Position numbers and translations under genes: made by a program
The notes under the pieces: generated by a model
Database searches by the model: none
Seen by the model: the letters and a program-made list of their open reading frames with translations, nothing else
What the model was told of the DNA's origin: nothing
Source: Nitrosopumilaceae archaeon
GTDB taxonomy: Archaea; Thermoproteota; Nitrososphaeria; Nitrososphaerales; Nitrosopumilaceae
Reading direction: 5' to 3'
Assembly: GCA_965203465.1 (NCBI GenBank)
Contig: CBDBCR010000001.1
Coordinates: 256,001 to 320,000, forward strand
Length of the DNA: 64,000 bases
Shown: positions 28,695 through 38,498 of the stretch, piece by piece
How positions within the stretch are numbered: the stretch's first letter is position 1
How the letters are laid out: every line of letters starts with the position of its first letter

Positions 28695-29984
28695 GTGGCG
28701 GGATACCGAGGCGGCCCCCGCGGGGACGAGCCGCGCACGTACGAGGAGGGGATGAAGATTGGGTATCCAGAAGGCGCGCGGGAATATTTCGCCGCGATGA
28801 TAGCAGACGATCCCGAAAACCCCGACGGGCACGCGGGCATGGGGCGGGCGCTCCTGTACGAGGACGACGAAAGGGCGCTGGAGCACCTCAAAAAGGCGGT
28901 AAAGCTGGGGGACGGGCGCGCCTCCACGCGCGTCTGCCTCGCCAGCGCCTGCAGGGCGCTGGACATGAGCCGGGAGGCGCTAAAGTGGTACCGCGCAGCG
29001 CAGGCGGAGCTTGGCGACTCCGCGCTGGTACCGGCCAACGCGGCGTACCTGCACCTGAGGCTGGGCGAGCCCGGCGAGGCCGCAAAGAGCGCCGACGAGG
29101 CCCTGCGCCTCGAGCCGGAGCTCGACGACGCAAAGATAGTCAAGGGAATGGCGCTGCTCGAGTCGGGTAAGCGCGGGGCCGGCGCGGCCCTCTTGGCGGA
29201 GGCCGCGCGCGAGCGCGACTACGGCTCGGCCCTGCTGGGCATGGCCTACGGGCTGCTGCACGGCGGCGACGACGAGGGGGCGCTAAAGTGCCTCGTCGGC
29301 CCCGTCGGCGAGGAGCCCCGCGATCCGCAGGACCGGTTCAAAAAGGGCTTCCTGTTGTCCCGCAGCGGCGACCACGCCGGCGCCTACGAGGAATACGCGG
29401 CGGCCGCGCGGGCCGAGCGCTCGGCCCAGATATGCGCCAGCATGGCCGCCTCGCTCACAAGGCTGCACGGGGGCGGCCGGGGCAAGAAATGGCGCGCCGA
29501 GGCGCTCGGCCTCATATCGAAGGCCGTCGCCGACGATCCGTTCGGCATGTACGCGGGCCTCGAGGCGGACTGCCTGCTGGAACTGGCCGACGGCCGGCCC
29601 CGGCGCGGGGTCCGCGATGTCTCCGAGCCGCGGCCCGTCGCCGACAGGGAGGCCAGGCTCAACATGGGCGCGTTCCTGTACATAGGGGGCAAGGACGTAC
29701 CCGGCGCGCTGGCCCACCTAAAGGCCCTGGTGGAGGACGAGCCGGATTTCGGGGAGGCGCGGTACTCCCTCGGCATCGCCCTGCACATGGCCGGCGCCCA
29801 CGAGGAGGCGCTGGCCCAGCTGCGCGAGGGGCTAAAGCTGGGAGCCGATCCCGAGTCGACGTACCGCGAGATGGCCGAGGCATACCGGGCGCTGGGCATG
29901 AAGAGGGAGGCCAACAAGTGCGAGAGGGCCATACAGGAAGTCTGGGAGAAGAGGTGGCCCAAGCGGCGCAGGAAAAAGTCCTGA
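28695..29984 (+). CDS. TPR-repeat protein (array member 1)
   Basis: TPR motifs; GTG start after GCAAATAC; paralogous to the following genes. Confidence 0.8.
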   Translation: MAGYRGGPRGDEPRTYEEGMKIGYPEGAREYFAAMIADDPENPDGHAGMGRALLYEDDERALEHLKKAVKLGDGRASTRVCLASACRALDMSREALKWYRAAQAELGDSALVPANAAYLHLRLGEPGEAAKSADEALRLEPELDDAKIVKGMALLESGKRGAGAALLAEAARERDYGSALLGMAYGLLHGGDDEGALKCLVGPVGEEPRDPQDRFKKGFLLSRSGDHAGAYEEYAAAARAERSAQICASMAASLTRLHGGGRGKKWRAEALGLISKAVADDPFGMYAGLEADCLLELADGRPRRGVRDVSEPRPVADREARLNMGAFLYIGGKDVPGALAHLKALVEDEPDFGEARYSLGIALHMAGAHEEALAQLREGLKLGADPESTYREMAEAYRALGMKREANKCERAIQEVWEKRWPKRRRKKS

Positions 29985-30027
29985 CGCGCCCGCATACACA
30001 AATACCTCCCGCGCGCCGGGCGCCGCG

Positions 30028-31932
30028 TTGGCGAGGAGGGCGGGCCCGGGCGGCTCGCGCAAAAAAGGGCGCGGGGCGCGCGCCGGCAAGCGCGGGCGGA
30101 CCAGCACGGGGCTGGGCGCGCGAGAGGACGAATTCTACCGGACGCAGAGGGATCCGTCCGATCCCAGGGAGGTCCGGATATCGATAGGAATGGAAATGTT
30201 CGAGGAGGGCGACGCGCCAGGCGGGCTGTCGTACCTGAGGGCACTGGCGCGCGACGAGCCCGACTACGGGTACGTGCGCGCGGCCATCGGCGCGGCCCTC
30301 TCGTCGACGGGCGCCTACGGCGAGGCGATCGCCGAATTCAGGGAGGCGCTGAGGCTGGGCGCCGGCGACGCGGGCACCTACAACAACCTGGGCATCGCGT
30401 ACGACTCGGCGGGCCTGACGGAAAAGGCGCTGGAATGCTACCGGGAATCGATCCGGCAGGATCCAGAGCAGGCGCCGCCGCGGATCAACCTGTCTGACAT
30501 GTACAGGATCCAGGGCAGGTGCGAAGAAGCGGTAAAGGCGGCCGACGAGGCCTTGCGCCTCGAGCCGGGCCACCCGGACGCCTGCCTGGCAAAGGGCGCC
30601 GCGCTGGCCGACATGGGCAGGTTCTCCGAATCGCTGGAGCCGCTGAGAGACGCCGTCGGGGCCGCGCCGGAATCGTACGATGCCCTCATGTGCCTGGGCC
30701 AGTCCCTCCTGTGCACGGGCGACGGGGAGGGGGCGCTGAAGCGCTTCGAGGAGGCGGTGAGGCTCGATCCAGGGAACCCGTGGGGGCACCACGACAGGGG
30801 CACCGCGCTGGCGCAACTGGCCAGGTTCCACGAGGCATACGATTCGTACTCGAGGTCTGCCGAGCTCGAGCCGCGCGCGCCGACCTACTCCCACATGGCC
30901 GAGGCGGCCTCGAGCGCGCGCGGATCCGGCGATGCCGGGGCGCTGGCCCTGGCCGACAAGGCGCTCGAGATGGATCCAGACTATGCGTTCGGCCACCTCG
31001 TAAAGGCGCGCCTGCTCCGCGCGGCCGGCCGGGATTCGGAGGCAGAAGGGCACTTTTTGCGCGCCCGGATGATGGATCCCTCCCTGGCCGACGGGCCCGG
31101 CGGCGCCCCGGGCCGCGCCGAGAAACCGGCGGCGACGGGCGCGGCCGACCGCATGCGGGCGATCACAGAGTCCAACTTGGCCAAAAGCTGCAGGCTCAGT
31201 GGCAGGAGCGAAGACGAGGCAAAGTCTGCCGACGAGTCGCCCCGCCCGGTTCCGGGCGACTGCCAGGCCAGCGCCGCAAAGGGCGCCGCGCTGGCAGGCG
31301 CGGGCGGGTTCCCCGAGTCCGTCGGGCCGTTGCTGGGCGCAGCCCGGGCCCTGCCGGGATGCGTCGACGCCCTCGTGCAACTCGGCCAGTCGCTCTCGGC
31401 CGTAGACGCGGCGGGGGCGCTGAGGTGCTTCGAAGAGGCGGCGCGGCTGGATCCGATCGATCCGCGGGGGCACCACGAGACGGGCAACATGCTGGCCAGG
31501 CTGGGAAGGTACCAGGACGCGTACGACGCGTACGGGATGGCCGCCAGGCTGGAAACAAACGCCAAGACCCTGGCCAGCATGGCCATGGCGCTGCACAACA
31601 TGCATGTCGGCCATACCGGCGCACCCGGAGACTGGCACGCACACGCGCTGCTTTTGGCGGACAAGGCCATAGAGGCGGATCCAGAGTACGGGTACGCCTA
31701 CTTTGTAAAGTCGCGCCTGCTCCGCGCGGCCGGCAGGGATCCGGAGGCAGAAGATCACCTCCTGCGCGCGAGGATGACGGATCCCGACTCTGTCTGGGAC
31801 GACAACGCGTCCCGCCTCATCTCGGACGACGTAACGTACAAGCGGGCCGCGCTCGGCCTGGACGCCGGCTGGGACAAGCCGGGAGTCTGGCGCGGCAAAA
31901 AGCGGCCTTGGGCCGAACCCACAAATACCTAG
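30028..31932 (+). CDS. TPR-repeat protein (array member 2)
   Basis: YNNLGIAY...EKALECY and similar motifs; internal duplication of a TPR block. Confidence 0.85.
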   Translation: MARRAGPGGSRKKGRGARAGKRGRTSTGLGAREDEFYRTQRDPSDPREVRISIGMEMFEEGDAPGGLSYLRALARDEPDYGYVRAAIGAALSSTGAYGEAIAEFREALRLGAGDAGTYNNLGIAYDSAGLTEKALECYRESIRQDPEQAPPRINLSDMYRIQGRCEEAVKAADEALRLEPGHPDACLAKGAALADMGRFSESLEPLRDAVGAAPESYDALMCLGQSLLCTGDGEGALKRFEEAVRLDPGNPWGHHDRGTALAQLARFHEAYDSYSRSAELEPRAPTYSHMAEAASSARGSGDAGALALADKALEMDPDYAFGHLVKARLLRAAGRDSEAEGHFLRARMMDPSLADGPGGAPGRAEKPAATGAADRMRAITESNLAKSCRLSGRSEDEAKSADESPRPVPGDCQASAAKGAALAGAGGFPESVGPLLGAARALPGCVDALVQLGQSLSAVDAAGALRCFEEAARLDPIDPRGHHETGNMLARLGRYQDAYDAYGMAARLETNAKTLASMAMALHNMHVGHTGAPGDWHAHALLLADKAIEADPEYGYAYFVKSRLLRAAGRDPEAEDHLLRARMTDPDSVWDDNASRLISDDVTYKRAALGLDAGWDKPGVWRGKKRPWAEPTNT

Positions 31933-31950
31933 CGCACGGCCGATCCGGCG

Positions 31951-34227
31951 TTGGCAAGGAGGGTCAATCCGGGCGGCTCGCGCAAAGACAGGGGGCGCAG
32001 GGCGCGCGCCGGCAAAAGCCCCGCGGGCCCGCCCCGATCGGGCGCCCCGCCGCGCGGCACCGCCGCCGACTCCGGCAAAAGCCCGGGCCGCCCCGAGGGC
32101 CTGTTCGGGCCCCCCTGGCCGGAGGCGCGCCTGGGCCAAGGCGCCGGCCGGGCGCGCCCCGGCGCCTACGAGGAGGGCATGAAGATGGCCGACGAGGGGG
32201 ACGTGGCCGACGCGCAGCTGCACTTCGAGGACATGATCGACGCCGATCCGGACGACCCGGACGGGTACGCCGGCGCCGGGTTCATGTACGTCTCGGGCGG
32301 CGGCGCCCGTATGGCAGAAGAGTACCTCGAGACGGCGATAAAGCTGGGCGACGAGCGGGCCGACACCGTCTTCAACCTGGGCAACGCGCGCAAGACGCTC
32401 GGCGCGCACAAGGAAGCCATGGAGTGCTACCGCGGCGCGCTGGCCAAGCGGCCCGACTACGCCGCGGTACACTTCAACATGGCTTACATACACGCCGTTG
32501 AAGGCGACTACGAAGGGGCGCTGAAGAGCGCCGACGAGGCCATGCGCCTGGACATGCCGCTTTTGGAGGCGGGAATAATACGGGACATCGCCCTGCTGAA
32601 CCTGGGCAGGCGCGAGGAGGCGGTGGCCCACCTGGCGGCGGCTCTGGACGCCTCGCCCGGCTCCGGCTCGGCCAAGATGGGTTTGGGCTACGCGCTCCTG
32701 CGCGACGGCGACGACGAGGGGGCGCTAAAGTGCTTCGAGGACGCGAGCAGCCGGGATCTGCTCGATCTGAGCGGCGACTTCAAAAAAGGCCTGGCGCTCT
32801 CGGAGGCCGGCGACCACGCCAGCGCATACGAGGCGTACGCCGCCGTGGCCGAAGACGAGCAGCTGCTCACGGCGTACGCGCGCATGGTGTCCTCGTTCGT
32901 ACGCATGCACTCTGGCGATCCGGGCGACGAATGGCGCGCCGAGGCGCTGCGGCTAGCGATAAAGTCCGTCGGCCTCGACGCGAGCTACACGTTCGTGCAC
33001 ACGATGCGCGACCGCCTCAAGCGGGCGGGACGGGAGGCGCTGCGCGGCGGCCCGGCCCCGCGCACGGGGGCCAGCTCGCCCGAATCCAGAAATGCCAGAA
33101 TCGCGGAAGGGATGCGCATCCTGATGCAGAAGGGCGACATCGCGGCCGGGCTGTCGCACTTTAGGGCCGTGGCCGAGACCGAGCCGGACTTTGCGGAGGG
33201 GCACGCGGGCCTGGGCGTGGCCCTTGGGATGTCGGGCGACGGCGAGGGGGCCCTATCCGAATTCAAGGAGGCGCTGAGGCTGGGCGCCGACGACGCGGTC
33301 ATCTACAACAACATGGGCAACGCGTACGGCATGCTGGGCATGCCCAAAGAGGCCGAAGAGTGCTACCGCAAGGCGGCCTCGCCGGGCCGCATAAAAAAAC
33401 TGGGGGACCGGGACGCCGTCGAAAACCGCCGCCGCACCGATGGGGGCGCGGCGGCCCGCGTGCAGGCGCTTTCGCACTCCAACCTGGCCAAGAGCTACCG
33501 GGAGCGCGGCAGGAGCGCCGACGCGGCAAAGTCGGCCGACGAGGCGCTGCGCCTGGTTCCGGGCGACTACCTGGCCAGCATCACAAAGGGCGCCGCGCTG
33601 GCCGACATGGGCAGGTTCTCCGAATCGCTGGAGCCGCTGCGGGACGCCGTCAGGGCCGCGCCGGAATCGTACGAGGCCCGCATGAGCCTGGGCGAGTCGC
33701 TCTCGGCGCTGAAGAAGACAGACGAGGCGCTGCGCTGCTTCGACGAGGCGGTGCGGCTCGACCCCGGCGATCCCAACGGGCACCACCAGAGGGGCATCAT
33801 GCTCTCGAGGCTCAAAAGGCTCAAGGAGGCATACGATTCGTACGCGAGGGCCGCGGAGCTGGGGCACCACCCCAAGACCTACGCCAACATGGCCATGCTG
33901 ATGTCCAACATGCACTTCGGCGACCCCCCCGGCGCGCACGGCGGGTGGCACGCCAAGGCGATGGGCCTGGCCGACAAGGCGCTCGAGCTGGACGACGACT
34001 ACGCCTTCGGCCACTTTACAAAGGCGCGCCTGCTCCGCGCGGCCGGCAGGGATTCCGAGGCGGACGAGCACGCCCTGCGCGCGCAGATGCTGGATCCGGA
34101 CTTTGTCTGGGATACCAACGCGTCCCACCTGGGCTCGGACAACGCAGCGTACAGGCGGGCGGCGCTGGCCTGGGAAAGGGGCAAGGGCCCCCGGCCGGGG
34201 GGCTGGCGCGACGGAAGGATGCCCTGA
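31951..34227 (+). CDS. TPR-repeat protein (array member 3)
   Basis: Multiple TPR motifs (FNLGNA, YNNMGNAY). Confidence 0.85.
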   Translation: MARRVNPGGSRKDRGRRARAGKSPAGPPRSGAPPRGTAADSGKSPGRPEGLFGPPWPEARLGQGAGRARPGAYEEGMKMADEGDVADAQLHFEDMIDADPDDPDGYAGAGFMYVSGGGARMAEEYLETAIKLGDERADTVFNLGNARKTLGAHKEAMECYRGALAKRPDYAAVHFNMAYIHAVEGDYEGALKSADEAMRLDMPLLEAGIIRDIALLNLGRREEAVAHLAAALDASPGSGSAKMGLGYALLRDGDDEGALKCFEDASSRDLLDLSGDFKKGLALSEAGDHASAYEAYAAVAEDEQLLTAYARMVSSFVRMHSGDPGDEWRAEALRLAIKSVGLDASYTFVHTMRDRLKRAGREALRGGPAPRTGASSPESRNARIAEGMRILMQKGDIAAGLSHFRAVAETEPDFAEGHAGLGVALGMSGDGEGALSEFKEALRLGADDAVIYNNMGNAYGMLGMPKEAEECYRKAASPGRIKKLGDRDAVENRRRTDGGAAARVQALSHSNLAKSYRERGRSADAAKSADEALRLVPGDYLASITKGAALADMGRFSESLEPLRDAVRAAPESYEARMSLGESLSALKKTDEALRCFDEAVRLDPGDPNGHHQRGIMLSRLKRLKEAYDSYARAAELGHHPKTYANMAMLMSNMHFGDPPGAHGGWHAKAMGLADKALELDDDYAFGHFTKARLLRAAGRDSEADEHALRAQMLDPDFVWDTNASHLGSDNAAYRRAALAWERGKGPRPGGWRDGRMP

Positions 34228-34275
34228 TCCCCGGATGCTGAACCCACAAATACCTCGCGCGCCGCCGGCCCGGCG

Positions 34276-36366
34276 TTGACCAGAAGATCCGCACGCGGCC
34301 TGCGCAAAAGGGCGCGCGGCAGAAGCGCGAAGCGGGCACGCGGGCCGAACCTGTGCGAGAAGGGGCTCGAGATGCTGTTCGGCGGCGACCCGCGCGGGGC
34401 CGCGGACCTGTTCGCGTCCATGATCCGCGACGATCCGCAGGATCCGGGCGGGCACGCGGGGATGGGCGCCGCGTTCTCGATGGCCAGCAGGCCCAAGGAG
34501 GCGCTCGAGCACTTCAAGAAGGCGCTCAACCTCGGCGACGAGCGGGCCGACACGCGCCTCAACATGGGCAGCGCGTACAACGATCTGGACATGTACGACG
34601 AGGCAGCGACGTGCTACCGCGCGGCGCTGGAAAAGGCGCCCGACGTCGCGGCCATCCACTTCAGCCTGGCCGACGTGCGCCTCTCACAGGGAATGTACGA
34701 AGACGCGCTGAAAAGCGCCGACGAGGCGCTGCGCCTCGATCCGCGGTTCTACGAGGCCGCGGCGGTAAAGGGCGAGGCCCTGATCGCGCTGGAGAGGCAC
34801 CGGGAGGCCGCCGCGTTCCTCAGAGAGGCCGCACGCGCGCACCCCGGATCGGGCTCGGTGCAGGCGGCCCTCGGCCGCGCGCTTTTGGCCGGCGGCGACG
34901 CCGAGGCGGCCCTGCCGCACCTCGACGCGGCGATCGCCCGATCGCCGGGATCGGAGCTGCACCGCCAGAGGGGCGAGGCCCTGGCAAAGCTGGGGCGCCG
35001 CGGCCCAGCATACGAGGCGTACGCGGACGCGGTCGAGCTCGCTCCGGACGCCCGGACGTACGCGGCCATGGCCGAGCTGCTCCTCGGCATGCACGAGGGC
35101 GAGGCCGTCGGGGAGTGGCACGCCGAGGCGCTCTCGCTCGCCGACAAGGCGATAGGAAAGGATCCCGACTACGCGCCGGCGCACGCCGCAAAGGCCCGCC
35201 TGCTGGAGCTGTCCGGCGGGGATCCAAAGGCGCACGGGGACGCGGCGGCCCGGCTAGAAAAAAAACCGGACACGGGCGACCCGTCCGATCCCCTGCAGGT
35301 GCGGCTCTCGCGGGGCATGCACATGCTCATGGAAGAGGAGAACACGGAGGGCGCGCTGTCCCATTTCAGGGCAATGGTCCGCGACGCGCCCGGCTTCGGG
35401 GAAGGGCACGAGGGCCTGGGCATGGCGCTCGGGATATCGGGCGACGCCGAGGGCGCGCTGGCCGAGCTAAAGGAGGCGCACCGGCTAGGCGTGGACGACG
35501 CGGGCCTCCACTCCAACATGGGCAACGCCTACCACCTTTTGTGCATGACCAAAAAGGCCGAAAAATGCTACCTAAAGTCCGCGTCGATAGATCCGGAGCA
35601 CGCGCTGGCGCACGCCAACCTGGCCCGAATCTACCAGGAGGGCGGCAGGAGCGAGGAGGCCGTGGAGCGCGCCGACAGGGCGCTGCGCCTCGAGCCGGGC
35701 AACCCCGAAGCCAGCATGGCAAAGGGCCTGGCGCTGGCCGACATGGGCAGGTTCCCCGAGTCGCTAAAGCCGCTCGAGGAGGCGGTGCGGGCCACGCCGG
35801 AATCGTGCGAGGCGCGCGTGTACCTGGGCCAGTCGCTCTCGGCCGTAAAGGACACCGGTGGGGCTCTGCGCTGCTTCGAGGCGGCCGTGCGGCTCGACCC
35901 CGAAAACCCGGCGGCCCACCACGAGAGGGGCAACATGCTTGCAAGGCAGCAGAGGTTCCAGGAGGCCTACGATTCGTACGCCAGGTCGGCGGAGCTCGAG
36001 CCGCGCGCGCAGACGTACGCCAACATGGCCACGGCGCTTTCGAACATGCACGTGCTCGACGGCTCGGCCGTGCCGGAGGTCTCGGCCGTCGGCCAAGAGT
36101 GGCACGACAGGGCCATGGATCTCGCCGACAAGGCGCTAAAGATGGATCCCGGCTACGCGTACGGCCACTTTGCAAAGGCCCGGCTGCTCGAGATGGCGCA
36201 GCTGTACGCCGAGGCCGAGAGGCACTTTGAGCGGGCCGGCCAGCTCGACCACAAATTCATCGGGAGCGAGGACGGCTCGCACGTCAGCTCGGACAACGTC
36301 GAGCGCAGGCGGGCCGCCCGCGAGATGCACATGGAGGGCCGGCGCAGGCGCGCGGGCAGAAAGTGA
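34276..36366 (+). CDS. TPR-repeat protein (array member 4)
   Basis: Multiple TPR motifs. Confidence 0.85.
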   Translation: MTRRSARGLRKRARGRSAKRARGPNLCEKGLEMLFGGDPRGAADLFASMIRDDPQDPGGHAGMGAAFSMASRPKEALEHFKKALNLGDERADTRLNMGSAYNDLDMYDEAATCYRAALEKAPDVAAIHFSLADVRLSQGMYEDALKSADEALRLDPRFYEAAAVKGEALIALERHREAAAFLREAARAHPGSGSVQAALGRALLAGGDAEAALPHLDAAIARSPGSELHRQRGEALAKLGRRGPAYEAYADAVELAPDARTYAAMAELLLGMHEGEAVGEWHAEALSLADKAIGKDPDYAPAHAAKARLLELSGGDPKAHGDAAARLEKKPDTGDPSDPLQVRLSRGMHMLMEEENTEGALSHFRAMVRDAPGFGEGHEGLGMALGISGDAEGALAELKEAHRLGVDDAGLHSNMGNAYHLLCMTKKAEKCYLKSASIDPEHALAHANLARIYQEGGRSEEAVERADRALRLEPGNPEASMAKGLALADMGRFPESLKPLEEAVRATPESCEARVYLGQSLSAVKDTGGALRCFEAAVRLDPENPAAHHERGNMLARQQRFQEAYDSYARSAELEPRAQTYANMATALSNMHVLDGSAVPEVSAVGQEWHDRAMDLADKALKMDPGYAYGHFAKARLLEMAQLYAEAERHFERAGQLDHKFIGSEDGSHVSSDNVERRRAAREMHMEGRRRRAGRK

Positions 36367-36565
36367 TCCGCGCGCAGCGGATCCGAGCGGGGGAAATACA
36401 TCTGAGCGGCGCTATAGACGCCCTGCTACCGCGCCGTTCCGGCCGGAGTTGCGGGTGCGGCGCTTCGTTTCAGCGCAGGACCGCGCGCGCCCGCCGGCAT
36501 GCGCGAACCGCCCGCCGGAACGGCGCCCGGCAAGCCACAAATACTGCCGGCGCCGAAGCCTCGCG

Positions 36566-38453
36566 TTGGCAAGAAGAGCGCCCCCGGGGGGCCCCCGCAA
36601 AAAGCAAAAGCGCAAGATCCCCCGGATCCGCGCCGACACGTACGAGGAGGTGCTAGACAGGTTCTTCGACGGGGACGTGCCGCGCTCCCTGGACCGGTTC
36701 GCCGCCATGATCCGCGACGATCCGTCCAACCCCGACGGGCACGCGGGCCTGGGGTTCGCGTTCTCGTGGGCCTACGACAGCATCGGGGCGCTGCGCCACC
36801 TCAAAAAGGCGCGCCATCTGGGCGACGAGCGGCCCTACACGCTGCTCGCCATGGGCAACGCGTACAAGCTGATCGACATGCACGACGAGGCCGCCGAGTG
36901 CTTTCGCGCCGCGCTGGCCGCGCGCCCCGACTTTGCGCCGGCCCACGCCAACATGGCGTACCTGCACGCCAAGCGCGGTGCGCACCAAGACGCGGTGGAA
37001 AGCGCCGACAGGGCGCGCGAGCACGACGAATCCTCCGAGGCCGAGGCGGTGAAGGGGATCGCCCTGCTGAAGATGGGAATGCGCGGGGAAGCCGACGCCG
37101 TCCTGGCCGAGGCGGGGCGCGACAACCCCGAATCCCCCCATGTCAGGCTGGCCGCGTGCTACGCGCTGCTCGACGGCGGCGACGCGCGGGGGTTTTTGGG
37201 GCGCGTCAAGGACGCGCGCTGCCTCGAGCCCGACGATCTGGGCGGCCACTTCAAGAAGGGCCTAAAGCTCGAAAAGCGCGGGGACCACGCCGGCGCCTAC
37301 GGGGCGTACGCGGCGGCCGCGCGGCTGGAGCCGGCAGCGTCGGTGCACGCGGCCATGGCCGCCTCGCTGGTCCGCATGCACGGGGGCGACCCGGGCGAGC
37401 GGCCGCGGGCCGAGGCGCTGGAGCTGATACTGGACGCGGTAGGAAAGGATTCATGGTACACGTACATGTACTTTGGGCGGATCCACCTGGCAAAGAACCT
37501 GAACGTCGACGGGCGCGATCCGCTCTAGGCCCGGCCGGAAGCGGGCCCGGACATGCGCGACGGCGGCGACGCGCCCGGCGCGCTGGCTCATTTCAGGAAG
37601 GCGCTAAAGCTGGGAGACGACCGGGCCGAGACGCGCCTGCACATGGGCAACGCGTGCAGGATGCTCGACATGCACGGCGAGGCATTGGAGTGCTACCGGG
37701 CCGCGCTGGACAGGCGCCCCGACCTCGCGCCGGCCCGCTTCGGCATGGCCTACACGCACGCCATCCGGGGCGAATACCAAGAGGCCGCTAAAAGCGCCGA
37801 CGAGGTGCTGCGGCACGACGGGCTCCTCGCCGAGGCCGGGACGATCAAGGGCATCGCCCTGCTGAACGCGGGACGGCGCGAGGAGGCGCTCGGCCTCTTG
37901 GCCGGGGCCGAACGCGCCGACCCGGGATCCGACCACGCCAAGATCGGCCTCGGAGCACGCGATCGAGACGTACGCGCGCATGGCCGCCTCGTTCATACGC
38001 GCGCACTCGGCCGATCCGGGCAAGGCGTGGCGCGCCGAGGCGCTGGAACTCGCGCTAAAGGCTGCAGGCAAGGACATGGGCTACGCGCTGTCGCAGTACA
38101 AGCGGTTCCGCTCGCGCGCGGCGCCGGCCCGCGCGGACGCGTCCGATCCGCGCCGGATCCGGCTGAAAGAGGGAACGGACATGCTGGCCGATCTAGACGT
38201 ACCCGGCGCGCTGTCGCGCCTAAAGGCGCTTGTAGAGGACGAGCCGGACTTTGGGGAAGGGCGCGCGGCCCTCGGCGCGGCCCTCGGCATGTCCGGCGAC
38301 ACCGACGGGGCGCTCGCGGAGCTCCGGGAGGCGCTGAGGCTGGGTGCCGACGAGCCGGAGGTATACCACAACATGGGCGCAGTATACGACATGGCGGGCA
38401 TGAAAAAAGAAGCGCGAGAGTGCCGCCGCCGGGCCGGGTCGGTTGCGCGGTAG
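36566..38453 (+). pseudogene. TPR-repeat gene (array member 5) with an in-frame TAG at 37526-37528 and a deletion/frameshift near 37955
   Basis: DPL*ARPEAGPDMRDGGDAPGALAHF aligns with paralogue DPLQVRLSRGMHM...GALSHF; the frame changes after HAKIGLG. Confidence 0.75.
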
Positions 38454-38498
38454 CGGCGGCTACAACAACCACAAATACCGGCGCGCCAAAGCCCCGCG

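Noticed and set aside
29659-32631. 990-aa minus-strand ORF and other long antisense or alternate-frame ORFs
   Set aside because: Arg/Gly/Ala/Pro-rich products expected from stop-poor high-GC sequence overlapping clear genes
37526-37528. Programmed amber read-through (pyrrolysine)
   Set aside because: Aligns to CAG in a paralogue and the gene has a second lesion; simple nonsense mutation is more likely
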